This document shows positions 50,676 to 64,000 of a stretch of 64,000 bases of DNA, piece after piece (positions within the stretch are counted from its first letter, which is position 1; the number at the start of each line of letters is the position of its first letter). The stretch covers positions 143,964,001-144,028,000 of the forward strand of contig NC_042999.1 in NCBI RefSeq assembly GCF_006345805.1. Reading direction: 5' to 3'. The position numbers and the translations under genes are program-made. The notes under the pieces were generated by a model, which saw only the letters and a program-made list of their open reading frames with translations, did no database searches and was not told where the DNA came from. This DNA comes from Octopus sinensis. Taxonomy: Eukaryota.

Positions 50676-51769
50676 CACCACACACACACACACACACGCA
50701 CACACACACACACATACACACATACACACGCACGTACATTATATTTATTATATATACATTTAGTTCTTACATTAAGTCCAGATATCAAGTTCTGAGTTCA
50801 AATGCTGCCGAGACCAAAATCGCCTTTCACTCTTTTGAGATCGATAAATTAAATACTAGACAAGCACTAGATGCTGAGTTTGTGTCAAGATTGGAAAGCA
50901 ATTATACATACATACAATCATATATTGACAGGAAAGTAACTTCGATGTTTCGCTGGTCGTGGCTTGTTCAACATATGTGTGTGTGCCTCAGTGTGCGTGT
51001 GTGTGCCTCAGTGTGCGTGTGTGTGTGTGTGTATGCCTCAGTGTGCGTACGCGAGCGTGTGTGTGCTTGTATGTTATGTAGGTATGTATATATGCATGCA
51101 TGTATGTAAGTATGTATGCATGCATGTATGTATCTCATTATTCAGTTTTATTTCAAGATTTCCTATGCAACTATATGCATACATACATCCATACAAACAA
51201 ATAATGTTGAAATTACAATGAAGGAGCCTTGGGTCTAGGTTAGAAATCGGTTCTTTCTCTATTGGCAAACAATCTTAATATAAACTGAAAAATGACATAC
51301 ATACATACATATATACATGCATGCATACAAACATACATACATACATACATACATACATACATACATACATACATACATACATACATACATACATAGGCAT
51401 GTGGATAGATAGGTAGATAGATATGTAGATAAGAAGACAGATAGTTTACCTTACATATGACGCGTGAGTCTTGTTGCTGGGTGTTATAGCTTATATAACT
51501 AGGAGTGAAGGACCCCTAGTTCTCGTTAGAACTTTCCTCTAGGAGAACGTAAATTTGTATTAAAAAAACCTGAAGTACAATTGATTTTTGGTCGTGCCAT
51601 TGGTGATATAGCTGCTTGCACTGAAAAGTAGGCTCACTGCTGTGCAACACTATCCGCTTAAAGCAAACTCATAAACAGGAGCTTTTGGACTCTTGATTCT
51701 AAGAAGTGTTCTTACTCAGTTATGAGTTGACCGCCACCATGTATTTATGTATGTATCTATGCCGGTATG

Positions 51770-51880
<111 letters not shown>

Positions 51881-52194
51881 TTAAGCTTAAAATAAAACTG
51901 AAGTTAGCTATAAATTTTTTAAATTTCGCTGTGAAACTTTAAGCAGATTTTCTTTTCTCGCACGAAAATATAAACACGATTGTTCTTACTTGTTCCGCGG
52001 TTTGTTTACTGCTCATTAAAATCAACTTTAAATTTATAAACATATAAGAACACACACATACACACGCACGAACATAAAGACTGATGCAACATGCATAATC
52101 ACAATCACGCGCGCACGTATATACACACACGCGCACACGCACACACACACACGCGCGCGCGTGCACACGCACACACACACATACACACACAGAC

Positions 52195-52254
<60 letters not shown>

Positions 52255-55200
52255 ATTGAACAAATGTACTATTGATGTGTATTAAAGCAGAGAAACGTGT
52301 CCTCGACTGTTTCCAGACAAAACGGCCCTATCCCTTAATGGCATGTCAACTTTGATGAAATTCTGGATTCTTGAGATTATTTCCCCATTTTAGTTTTCGT
52401 AATTTCCTTTGATAATTATGACAAGAGGCAGAGATCATAATCATTATCATCAAGGTCATCGTCATCATCTATCTTTCGTGCTTCATGCTGGCATGGGTTA
52501 GACAAGATCCAATTGAAATGCACTGTACACCAGTGTTTGCTTTAACATGTTTTCTATGACTTGATACCCTTCCTAACACCAACTAGTTTGTAATGGATAA
52601 TGGGTACATTTTTCACACAACCAGTACAAGTGAGGTTTTCATACAGCTTTGCAAGACTACGAGATCACTTTTTGCAAGGAGATGAGTAGAGAAATAGAGA
52701 ACAAAGCAGAATTAGCCTTTTGCTGTAGATGAGTTACATAGCTACTAACATTTTAGAAGAAAAGGTGGGAGTGAGCGGATGGAGCTGGCCAGTGATAAAA
52801 ATAATGGTGATAACGAGTTAGGGTGGAACTTCCAAGTGAAGTGAATATGAATGAGTAGAGCCGATGAGCCAGGAGTTACAGAATAGTAATGACGGTACAG
52901 TAAATAATACGAAGAGAGAGGGAAAAAGAGAATGACATGTTAAGTTGCAGAGGTGGATGAGGAATAAAGAAGCTAGAGTAGTATATGAAGTAGGAGAGAT
53001 ATAGTGGTGAAGGAAGAGTGTGAATCGTATGGAGAGTTAATTTGATGGCATAGCAGGATTTAAAGAAAGCATAGGAGGAAAGAACAGTATTAATAGATGA
53101 AAAATGAATTATAGTGAAGTAGCTCTAAATAGAAAGAAAAGTCGTGTAAAGAAAGAACCGCAGTTACGGAAATGATGGGTGTGTATAAACTCACATATGC
53201 TCGTGTGCACATAGCTCTACCTAAATTCACTTTCGCCGAGATGAGCGAGTCTTCTCGAGAACCGCATATGACTGGTCATTCCTGTCCTTTGTGATCTCCT
53301 CCTTATGATTTCTTTGTGATTTCCTCCTTATCTCAATAACTCAAGAATTTCTGTTGTATTTGATATACCCATATTTGTCACTGCGTGCGCGCGTATGTGT
53401 GTATGTCTGTGTGTGTGTTTCTGTGTGTATGAATACGTGTGTGTCTACGTATGTATGTGTGTGTATTTATACATTAAAAGGAGAACCACCAGTTTGGATT
53501 TAAGTTGTGTTTTTCATGCAAATAAGGGGACTATGTACCTTGCTATAGGCGAACTCATTCATGATATAGGCTTCTTGCTGTGGAGATAACACTTTGTTTT
53601 GTCAAATACGGTCTATGAACTTCTTAAATTTTGGTCCCTCGCGGTACTGATTTTCGCATCTACTTTTGCAGTACCTGTACAGTCTATTTAAATGGGATCG
53701 TTCAAAGTTTTCGATTATTCTGCATTTAAATGATAGGTATCTCTTTTCACAAACCAACAATGGAGCTTCTCTGCACACGTTCTACGTTTAAGAATCAGCA
53801 GACAAGTATCCCTTAAATCACATCCTATCAACTTTAAAAAATAAGGGTTCATTCGGCACTGCAGTTTTATAAATGCTATATATATGTTTTACGTCTTTCA
53901 GGCGGAGAAAAAGAAAGTTCACAGATAGTAAGTTTTTAATCAGAACTCTACTAGATTGGATCTGACCCGACTGAATAATGGTAGACCCACTCATTTATCG
54001 ATCTTTACTCAATTGATAGCGTGATTGACCTTTTCAATGTAGTAAACTAAATTTCCAACATCAAATTTTCTATAATCTTATTCGAAAGATATCTTTTAAA
54101 ACATGAAAGGACGGAGATAGTTTGCTTTATTTGACAATATTGTTAGTCAGGTTACCTCTGTATGCTTCATTTGTTGGTTCTGTAACATCTGGTCGAAGCT
54201 ACTCAACAACAAGAAATACAAAACCTAAGCAGAAAATAACTTATATTGGTGCGTAGTTAAATGTTATTATATTCCGAAAAACTCAAAAATCAAAAATTTT
54301 GTTTAAAAGGAATTACTTCTGTTAAGGGATCTAAATTTCATGCTAAAGGTAGAATGGCAGGTTGTGATACACTAGGTGTAAGGGAATTGAAATTCCTTGA
54401 AAATAAGAAACTGAAACTACATTATGAACTCAGAAAATCAGAGAGATACTCGTACTTTGTGTTTTACAGTATTAGAGTTACCTAATTTGAAAGTTGCAGA
54501 TTATATTTTAAACTATTTAACTTCGAAGTGACTTCAACATTAATTTCTCCAGGTCTATGCAAAGATTTCATCAATTGAATTTTCTTGTCTTCTATCAAAT
54601 ATATAACCTAGACATGAATAAATATTTTATTGATTTTTCATCGTCTTCAAAGTAAATGACGCAAAAACCAATCAGCAGTTAGTTATTTGCATTAATCTAC
54701 TGCAATGAGAATAATTTAATTTCATGCTTTTATTAAAAGAAGCATACATTCGTAACTAAATTTTCTCATTGTATTACTAATAAAGTATCAACTGAAAATT
54801 ATTTGTCTGAAAAGAAATCAGTTTATATGTAGAAAAATCAGTTTGCATATTGAAAATGTATTTAGTTGTTAATAGAAGTAAAGATTTATGCATGTGCTTG
54901 CAGAATCAAAATCAAGTTTACTTCGTTAAAATTACTCGACTGAGTGTTGAAAATTGAGGTTAATTAATGCATTATTCACCATTGCTAATGACTGTTTCAT
55001 ATAAATGACGATTGCAGCGGTCAGTAACAGCAAGCTGCCCATCTATGTGCTGAATGGTTAATGTTTTGTATCCTTCCACGTACGCAATGACACATTGAAG
55101 ACTGACATTAAACCGCTGTTTGCCTAACCACAGACACCTACGGTGCTAGCATTTATCACAAGTTTTCTTAATGTAAAGGGAAGGAGATACATACGTTCCC

Positions 55201-55608
55201 ACGAGTAGGGTGCTGCTGTGTTACAAGTGTTTACTTGTCATTAAAAACCAGTAAAGTTCTAATCAGCCCAGTTGCACTATGATGCTTAGGGCAATAAATT
55301 ATCAATCTTCGCTACCTACATACAGCTTAGTGAACTTACTTTTTCACAGTTGAATCTGTTAGCCACGAATACAACACAGTGTCATACGCAGGAAACGTTG
55401 ATTTCTCAGTACTTGTATCGATTAGATTATTCACGCTTTCTTATGGAATTTATAGAGATGTAAATATATATGACTGTTAAATGAATTAGATAATAAGGCT
55501 ACACTTCACTAGTCAACGATTCGGGAGTCAAATGTAGTCATAGATATAGCTAGAGGGAGGTGCTCTGCAAAACTGATTTGCCTAAGATCTATTATATATA
55601 TATATATA

Positions 55609-56140
55609 CGAGCAAAATGCCCCCCGTCCAATGGACGGTGCTGAATCATATCTGCTGAATAAAAAGAAATTAGTGTTTTCTTTTCATTAAAAAGTAATTA
55701 AGCATACCTTTATTTCAATAAAAGTTTTGGTTTTGTTAAACGAAGTTACGGCAAAAACAAAAACTTCTTGAGTAACCAATCGGTCTTTCCTTCCTTCATG
55801 CCAAGTTTGAAGAAAATATCTCTTTTGCATCTTACTTTTTTTGGTCTCTTAGATATACTGCATTTTGTGGCATTATTTCAAGCCAGCCGGCTTTTTTTGC
55901 GCAAACTGCACGTGCATTTTTCTCGCGTACGCGTAGTGTCGATCGTAACAGTTGATGTACTTACGCGTACAAATGCACTTTCCCACGGCTTTATCGATCG
56001 CATTCTCACCTGGAATCGATTTTTGCAATTTTTTCAAGACTTATACCGTCGGTATCTACATATTAACTTTGAGCGCAACCGGATGGAGGATGCCCGAGAT
56101 CCTAGAAGACACACACACAGAACGAATTTTATATAATAGA
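55609..56140 (-). mobile_element. Probable non-autonomous Helitron (532 bp) with a non-canonical CTCG end
   Basis: A|TC-tattatataaaattcgttctgtgtg 5' end at 56140, like the inner 5' ends of the array. 6-bp hairpin ccgtcc-aat-ggacgg ~12 nt from CTCG|T, beside (TA)n. Confidence 0.6.
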
Positions 56141-56224
56141 TATTCAATGGTATTCTCTAAGTCAAGATATTCACCACCACAAATACGAGGTTGAACTGAC
56201 TGGCTATTTATGGTAGTGATTCAA

Positions 56225-56375
56225 AAACTGTTTCTGATATAGATACAAGGCCTGAAATTTTGATAGAGGGAGTTAGTCGATTAAATAGAACCCCTTCCAT
56301 ATTTGATAGGGAATTCATTTTATCGATCTAGAGTGATAAAAGACAAAGTTGACCTCGGCAGAAATTGAACAGCAG
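56225..56375 (-). mobile_element. SINE family 2 fragment (others at ~25340-25470, 50795-50880, 58229-58345, 58485-58595)
   Basis: Shared aaggcctgaaattttg / gacaaagttgacctcggcagaa modules. Confidence 0.6.
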
Positions 56376-57052
56376 TCTGCAATTCCAAAGAAATAATTCC
56401 AAACAGGAATAGAAACTAAACAATGTACTTTATTTAGTGAATGTCATCTCTAGTCTAGTATTTTGCCATGAAACCGATTAAATTTATTTATTAAATAAGA
56501 AGAATGTACAAGTTTATCGGCATTCTACTACTACCAAAGTTTTCTTCATTAGCTTGATTCGCAAAAATTGGGATGAGTATTTCATACCACAAGAATTACA
56601 TTTTATAATCGAAAAGTATTTGGTTAAATTGGAATACCAAGATAAAATTCTATGACAAGAATAGCTTTAAGAGGGCTGAATCCCGCTAGCTGACTTCTGT
56701 TACTTTTGTCTTACTCTTGAAGAGAAGTGCCTGTGTTATTCCTACGTTGAGAAGATGATGTATTCAAGTAACAAACCTACACTTTAATGTGCTAAGCGAC
56801 TTTCTCATTCATTTGCAACAGAGAAAACAATAAAACATCAGACACAATACAGAACAGCATCAAATTTCATACTTCAGAAGCAAGTTCAAATCCTAACCGA
56901 CTCATCATTACCCGTTCATTTGTTCAAGAGCGTATTATTAAAAAGATTTATACAAATAGTGCCTAACTTAAAAATAACTTTAATTGTAATTTCTTTCGTA
57001 ATAGCTGCTGTATACTTTACTAACTACGTCACCCACTAATTATTTTACACAG

Positions 57053-57162
57053 GCATTTGGCTTCATCTCAACTACAAGCAGCTGACGCAAGAAAGGTATT
57101 TCCCTGTTTCGACGAACCTGATTTAAAAGCCCGATTTACAGTCAGTATTATATACCCTACAG
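57053..57162 (+). CDS. Internal exon of an M1-family zinc aminopeptidase (aminopeptidase N-like); phase 2 to phase 1
   Basis: HLASSQLQAADARKVFPCFDEPDLKARFTVSIIYPT; acceptor ttttacacAG, donor GTaaag. Confidence 0.92.
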
Positions 57163-57572
57163 GTAAAGGCCATTTTCTTCATTTATCCAATTTCTATAAG
57201 ACTGAAATTTCATTTCCTTCATTACATATATTCTTGCACAAAAGCGTTCGGATTATTACTTATTTCAATAGTTTATAAAGACGCTTTTACCTCAGTATTT
57301 TAATATATGTGAACTCGGCAACAAAAATTTTCCTTATTTAATTATAATAAATTGCCTAAAATACCATTGAAGGTCTTAATTGCTAATTATCTGTAATGTT
57401 CACTAAAAGTAATCAATGTAGGATAAGAAGTACACTATATTATCTATAAATATTAGTCTACATTATCAATAAAAAGTACGAATTAGCCATAAAGAGTATG
57501 TTTCGTTATTTGGATATTTTCGGCATCAAACATGCATGTCAAGCATATACACTCTCTTCTTTTTCATTTTAG

Positions 57573-57736
57573 GGTATGTAGCTCTTAGTAACATGCCGAT
57601 TGTCAACCAAACGAAACTATCGGATAAGTGGATGCGAAACCAGTACGCCACATCGCCGATTATGTCTTCCTATCTACTTGCGTTTGTTGTTGCAGACTTC
57701 GACTATAGGGAGAAAATCTTAAAAAATAACTACACT
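57573..57736 (+). CDS. Next exon of the same aminopeptidase; phase 1 to phase 0
   Basis: GYVALSNMPIV..YATSPIMSSYLLAFVVADFDY; polypyrimidine+AG acceptor, GTaagt donor; joins in frame across a 410-bp intron. Confidence 0.92.
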
Positions 57737-58626
57737 GTAAGTTGATACGCTGTAATTATAAATAATTTCGTTGTTGTTTAAAATACAGTAGCATCCAGAA
57801 TCCAAGGAAACAGGTGATGGCCTGCGTCAGCAAAAGTTGGTAGATAAAAATAATTACAGTGAGTTCATTTTGTGCGAGAAGTAATAACGTTTCGAAGAGG
57901 TGTCCGTCTTTGGAAAGATATATTTGAGACTAATACCGAGGTTACTAAGTTCCAAATATATATACTACTTTACTTTTCATTTTATGATATATTGATCTTT
58001 GTAAATATATTTGATATGCACACTCATTACATTTGCAATTTTTCATTTTGAGACTGTATCCAGTTATTATTTCTATTTTTATTTATATTGATATGTTCCA
58101 TTGCTTCACACAGAAACTACACCATGTATACAATATTACTAAATTATTGAGCGCAAAATATACACGCTCCGCATTTACGGATATAGAGATGTATATAACT
58201 ACGACGACACTTATTTACAATAATAAATAAGCCACGTGGATGGCAGAATTAGCAAAGCCGCAAAATGTATTGCCGTATAAGTTTCTGATATTTTATGACG
58301 ATCAACGTGTCCTTTCATTCTTTCGAGGTCGAAAAAATAAGCTACCAGCCAATTATTGGGAACGATATAATTAACTCTCTAATACAGTAACCTAGTGCGA
58401 TTATTATGAGTCATTTTTAATATAGTTATTACTATACGTCAGCATTTTTTCTAGCTCTTTATACTATCATCGTTACTATGTCAAAAACCTTGAGTTCAAA
58501 TCCCGCGGAGGTTAGTGTTGCTGTTCATTCTTCTAGGTTCGATAATTCGATGTAGTGGTCAGGTACTGGGGTTGGTTTAATCAACCAATCTCTTCCCTTA
58601 TACTACCATTATTATTTAGTTGATAT

Positions 58627-58830
58627 TAAGGTGGCTAGCTGGCAGACCTGTTACCGCACCGGACAAAATGCTTAGCAGCATTTCTTCGGTTTTTTACATT
58701 TTGGGTTGAAATATCACCGAGGTGGACTTTGCCTTTTATCCTTTCGGGGTCCATGAAATAAATACCTGTCAAACACCGGGATCGATGTAATCTCCTTCCC
58801 CTAAAATGTCAAGCTATGTGCTTAGAGATT
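58627..58830 (+). mobile_element. SINE family 2
   Basis: taaggtggctagctggcag..aaaatgcttagcagcatttc..ctttgccttttatcctttcgggg. Confidence 0.75.
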
Positions 58831-59559
58831 ATTTGGTTGCTACTTATTGTATTCCTACATCTCCTACAGCGAGCCGAAACGTGATGGCATTGTGAGGTGT
58901 TATTTCGCCTGTGTTACATACATACATATATACCGTTTTCGTGGCACCTAACAGAAAAGGAATGTGCTGCTGCCCCAAAAATGCGACGAAATACTTGTAT
59001 TAGATTTGAGATTGCGGTAAAATAAGCTACTCACTCGACTATTCTACCTCTTCTACATATAAACAGGAACATAGAAATTTTATGAGTGTTCTTAAATTAG
59101 ACGTTACTAATATTCTAATATTTGTGTGATTTTGAGGTGTTTATAGTCTAATGTCATCCTGATAATCAAGATGAAATTATAGACAGACTTGCCGTGACAT
59201 GTATGAATTAGTAAAGTAACAGCAGTTGACCATTTCAACACAAACGCTCTTACATGCACAATGTGCTCTTATACATAAATTTAAACACACGCATAGACAT
59301 TCAAATGTCCATAAGCATCGATTTGTTTTGTTTTGTTGTTTTTAATCTCGTATTTTTCACTGTGCATGCATGCATGCGCTTACAGAAACAACATCTCTTT
59401 GAAAGAGAATGAAGGCATACATCAACAACACTATAATACAATGCAGCTGATGAAATCATACGAATTCAAATCAACAATCAAACAATGATTGGAGATATCA
59501 TATTCTATCATAATTGAATTTTACTTGGTATTTTTGTTTGCTTTAAAAAAAACTTTTTT

Positions 59560-59682
59560 ATCGTTTGCCTCGGCTTTCTGTTTTAATTGCAGCAATTATC
59601 TTGTTCATTGTGCATCGATACAATCTAATCACCACTATCATCAACATTGTCATCATCGTCGTTGACGTTGTCATCGTCTTTG

Positions 59683-59728
<46 letters not shown>

Positions 59729-60130
59729 TTTCATTATCATCATCACTATCACGGCCACTATTTTCACTATTAAAATTGTTCATTTTATCATCTTCATTGT
59801 CATCATCATATCCTCTACAGTAACAACTACCACCATCATTTTATTTATTATCTTGATGCTCCGTAATAACAGTGCCATCATAATCACCATCATTACATCG
59901 ACATCATGATTTGCAACACCAACAAATCATGATAATGATAAAAATCGATTGTCATCACCATAATCATCATCATAGCTATGAGCTATCCTCAATGCCACAG
60001 TATTCATCACTACAATTATTATCATCATCGTCATCATCACCACCATCATCATCATCATCGTCGTCGTCAACATCATCTTGATCACCAACATCATCACCAC
60101 CAACCACAACAACATCTTTTGATGTTTAGA
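59560..60130. repeat. (CAT/CAC)n low-complexity tract
   Basis: Read directly; followed by (CT)n at 60250-60450 and a purine-rich run to ~61380. Confidence 0.9.
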
Positions 60131-61413
60131 TTCCTGTCAGTATTTCTAGAAAATATTATCACGAAAAATATCGTCCTTAACAACCCAATTTCTTTTTATT
60201 TTCTTTTTCCGTTTTTTCATTATTTCTTTCCTTTCCTATTTTAATTTTCATGTGCTCTCACACTCGCTCTTTCTCACTCTATCCCCCCTGTTCTCTTCCT
60301 TGCTTAATCTCTCTCTTTTTTTCTCACTCTCTCTCTCTCTCTCTTCTCTCTCTATGTCTCTATTTCTCTCTCTCCCTATTTCTCTCTATCTCGCTTTCTC
60401 GTTCACTCACTCGCTCTCTCACTCCTTTATTGTCTTTTTCGTTATGTTAAATCTTTCATATTTCCAGAAAAACCAAGACATGTGTAACAGAGGTAAATAG
60501 AATAAGGTATAGGTCAAATGACAAAGTAAAGACAGATTAAGAAGATAACGGAGAGTAAGGAGAGAACAATGCAGAGAAGAAAGATGACCAAAAGATAAGT
60601 AAACAGCGAGAAAAAATAAAGAAATCTGAAAGGGAAAGAAAAGGGTAAAGTGATAGCAATGAGAAAGGGAGATCAGAGCGTCGATGAGATTAGAACACAT
60701 AGAGGATTTAGTCAAAATATAGTGAATGAAGCAAACACGAGGTAAAACGTGACAAAAGGAAAAAAACAATGGACAGCATACGGAATACAAGGGAAAATAA
60801 AAGACGAAGTAAGGTTACAATAAATGAAGAGTAAAGGAGAGTGGCATAAAATTGAATTTAGAACAAAAACAAAGTAAACAGAGAGCAACGAATTACGGTG
60901 AAGATTCAGCAAGGATACAGAAAAAACATTAAAAAAAGTGAGAAGAATCAGAAATTAATACTGGTGTGTTGAGAAGAGGAAAAGTGAGAGTTGATGGGAG
61001 GACAAAGGAGATATAACGATTGAAAAGGATAGAAGCTGGAGTTAAAAGTAGACCAAGAGAAAGAGAATGATTAATAGGAGCTTAAATGGAGAGTAGGAAG
61101 AGTAGATTTAAAGTAAAGTAAAGTGAGAATAATTAGAAATTAATGGAAAAGAGATGAGCATAAAGGAGAATTACAGAGAGACAAAGTGAAAAAAATAAAA
61201 GGCAGGAGCTCTAATGGTAAGAAAGACAGTTAGTAATGAGAAAAAGAGAGAGTGCTATTTGTAAAAGAGAATGTAGAGAGTATAAGATAGTATAAACAGA
61301 GATTAACGGAGAATTAAAGGAAATTAATTATTTATTGAAAGGGACAAGATAAGATAATAGAACGATGGAGGGAACATATATATACATGCATGTGCATATA
61401 TGTATATATAATG

Positions 61414-61481
<68 letters not shown>

Positions 61482-61623
61482 TATATGTATATGTATATAT
61501 ATAATTTTAGCTGAACGAATAAACGCTAGTACTTATCTTTACATTTTTAAGTCAGTTACTTATTCTGTTTTTTTTTTTTTGCATACTGCCAGTTATACAT
61601 ACACTCGCACACACACACACACT

Positions 61624-61700
<77 letters not shown>

Positions 61701-62239
61701 TATATATATACAACAACATATGTAAGCAAACTTTGGGTGGGGTTGTATTTTGAGGAACCCTCGAATGTGTATCCTACCATATAGACAAGAAAGTAATTTT
61801 TCGAACGAAGTATAACCGTGAAAATAGCACAAAATTGGGTGTTTTATCCTTATATGACGGAAAACGTTATCAGCAGACACGAACTTGCACCTCTCAGATA
61901 CCGGCTGAGTAATCTACCATTAAGCTAAACTGCCTGCTGATACCAAATTTAGTAAAATTAAACGCTAAATGCATAGATTATTTGAAACATATTTTGTTGT
62001 CTTTTGAAAGCGTCGAATATGTATCGTATCATACAGACAAGAAACTAGTATAACTGTGAAAGCAACAGAAGGATTGAATACTTTACCCCTATATGAAGAA
62101 AAAATACCCAATCTACCTGCTGTTTTCACGGCTATTCTGTGTTTGAAATATCACTTTTCTGTCTGTATGATATATATATATACAAAGGGCTTCTTTCAAT
62201 TTCCGTTTATGATTTTATTGAATCGATCGTCAATATAGT

Positions 62240-62745
62240 TTCCATGATATTCCATATACTCGTAAGCTTTTTAATCCCATTAGTGAAAAACACTTTCGGT
62301 TTCAAAGAGAAGCACTCTGGAAGTCAGTTGTTCGAGAGGTAATCCATTCAAGTGATTCTGTAAACTACGGAACAAATGGTAATCTGAAGGAGTAAGATCT
62401 GGGGAATAAGGCAGATGAGCACTGTTTCCCAGCTAAGTTTCTCAATCTTCTGTGGCGTGATATTTGCAGAGTGGAGCCTTGCATTGTCCTGATAAATCAT
62501 CACTCTCTTTCGATTCACTAAAGCAGGCCTATTTTACTTCAAAGCAGCGTTCAAACGCTCTAATTGCTGACAGTAGATTTGAACATTTATCAGTTGGTAG
62601 CAACTCAAGTGCATCAGTTGGTAACAACTGAAAGTGAATGACACCTTTGCAATCCCATCAAAAACAGAGAGAATAACATTCTTCGCATGGAACTCATTTT
62701 TTCGGCAGCGGTTGGGCTCTTCAAGACAATGTCTACGACGCTGTG
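62240..62745 (-). pseudogene. Mariner DD34D transposase central/C-terminal remnant
   Basis: HAKNVILSVF, YCQQLERLNAALK*NRPALVNRKRVMIYQDNARLHSA, then PYSPDLTPSDYHLFRSLQNHLNG. Confidence 0.8.
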
Positions 62746-63272
62746 AATTTTTAATAAAAATGCGAAGGTGGTTTATCAATTCAAAAATCGATATCCACGA
62801 AATAGTCATACTTTCAGACTTTTTAATGCTAAAATCCTTCCTGATGACCGTCTTTGCAATCCCGAAATACATCGTAACCATTGGTCCAGCCGTCTGGCCG
62901 TGAAGAGGGAATAGACAAAGAGATGGACAGACGGATATAACGCCCATTCTAGAAAGATAGCAAATCTGCCCTTCTACGATGGGAAATATAGGTATAGTAT
63001 CGCAAATCTAAACCCCCTAAATTCACGGACCATACGGGGGCGAAATCCCACCGGAATTTTAACAAAAAAATCAAAGGTGATTTATTAATACAAAACTCAA
63101 TATCCACTAGATAGTCATATTGTTTCACATTTTTTCGCTAAAAACCTTCCCGATTACCTCCTTCGTAATCCCGAAAAACATCGTGACCATTGGCCCAGCT
63201 GTTTGACCGTGAAGAGGGAACAGACGGGCAGACGGACAGACAGACGGACATGATGCCCATTATATTAAGACG
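62746..63272 (-). mobile_element. Two tandem related Helitron-like 5' modules
   Basis: 62760-62950 and 63090-63270 share cccgaaa(t/a)acatcgt(a/g)accattgg(t/c)ccagc..gaagaggg..cagacgga. The second begins TCttaatataatgggcatcatgtccgtctgtctgtcc on the minus strand. No 3' end found. Confidence 0.5.
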
Positions 63273-64000
63273 TGCCTCAAAGGCTCCTTAGACACTTCCA
63301 TATTTGAAGAGCTATAATTAGTGAAATTTCAGTTCAATTAATTTAATTAGTTTGAATATCTCCAAATGCATATATTACTTGAATGTCTAAGACATTCTAA
63401 AATACTGTTAAAGCGTTTGCAAATTGAAGATATAGAAGTCAGGATATTACTTATGGCATAACCTAATATATAATTATGCTGTAACAACGAACAGACTACA
63501 CATCAGAACATTCCATGGGAGGTCAAACACCATACTCTGCTACAAAATAACAAATAGTTTCATTATATAGACACAGACAATTGATGTATTTACCAGACGT
63601 CAGTCTTTATAAGTACTAGAATCACCGTATATGGAGTGCGTCTAGAGAACGAGGATAAAGAGATGAATTAAAATTCAGGAGTTGTCCTAATTAACGGGAT
63701 CTGTTACCAAAAGTGTTCCAGTCGAAACAATCCCATATCTTAGGCGTTGTGTATCTATACTATATTATCTAATGTAGAGTTAGATATTTTTAAGACAGTA
63801 AGTTGCAATTTCACGGAATTTAGCTGCTATTTCAAGTAGGTAAAGCTACGAAATAAAATCACCCTTGTTGGGCAAAGTTGTTTATACGTTAAAATTATAT
63901 GGGTAAATAATGGTCGAGCGATTTGATAAAGAAAGAAACATTAATGATAATATAGGTTAGTGTTTGAAGGTGTCAAAAATAGAGATTTCATTTTCTGAGA

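Noticed and set aside
54261-54485. 74-aa ORF as the missing upstream aminopeptidase exon
   Set aside because: No M1 peptidase motifs and no suitable phase-2 donor.
55768-56136. 122-aa ORF as a host gene
   Set aside because: It lies wholly inside a Helitron-like element; no recognisable domain or splice context.
60480-61380. Long purine-rich strand-asymmetric tract as a functional element
   Set aside because: It looks like decayed (GA)/(GAA) low-complexity sequence; similar tract at 52700-53150.
62842-62885. ctgatga..cgaaa..ta hammerhead-like string
   Set aside because: No stem II pairing, and the sister module lacks ctgatga.

Overview
AT-rich, microsatellite-saturated animal genomic DNA. 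The SINE families and repeat landscape resemble an octopus/cephalopod genome (inference; no search run). The only host-gene signal is two GT-AG exons of an M1-family (aminopeptidase N-like) peptidase at 57053-57162 and 57573-57736 (+). I found no upstream coding exon, so most of the window may be one giant intron. The rest is layered transposons: at least six different restriction-like-endonuclease (R4/Dong-type) LINE pieces, a full-length 3.87 kb RTE LINE, an older RTE, two L1/Tx1 LINEs (one with a 15-bp TSD), a CR1-group fragment, a Penelope-type GIY-YIG remnant, several mariner/Tc1/maT remnants, many tRNA-derived SINEs and several non-autonomous Helitrons. The most striking structures are: (1) an 8.6 kb stack (26365-34994) of different retroelements joined through (TAA)n tracts, with the R4-type pieces all on one strand; (2) a 5.6 kb head-to-tail Helitron array (41995-47625) with exact CTAG|TC junctions and two alternative 5' ends; (3) a repeated non-coding ~0.5 kb (AAT)n-tailed element; and (4) an RLE element ending in (ACAT)n rather than (TAA)n. 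No rRNA, real tRNA, CRISPR or prokaryotic system is supported.
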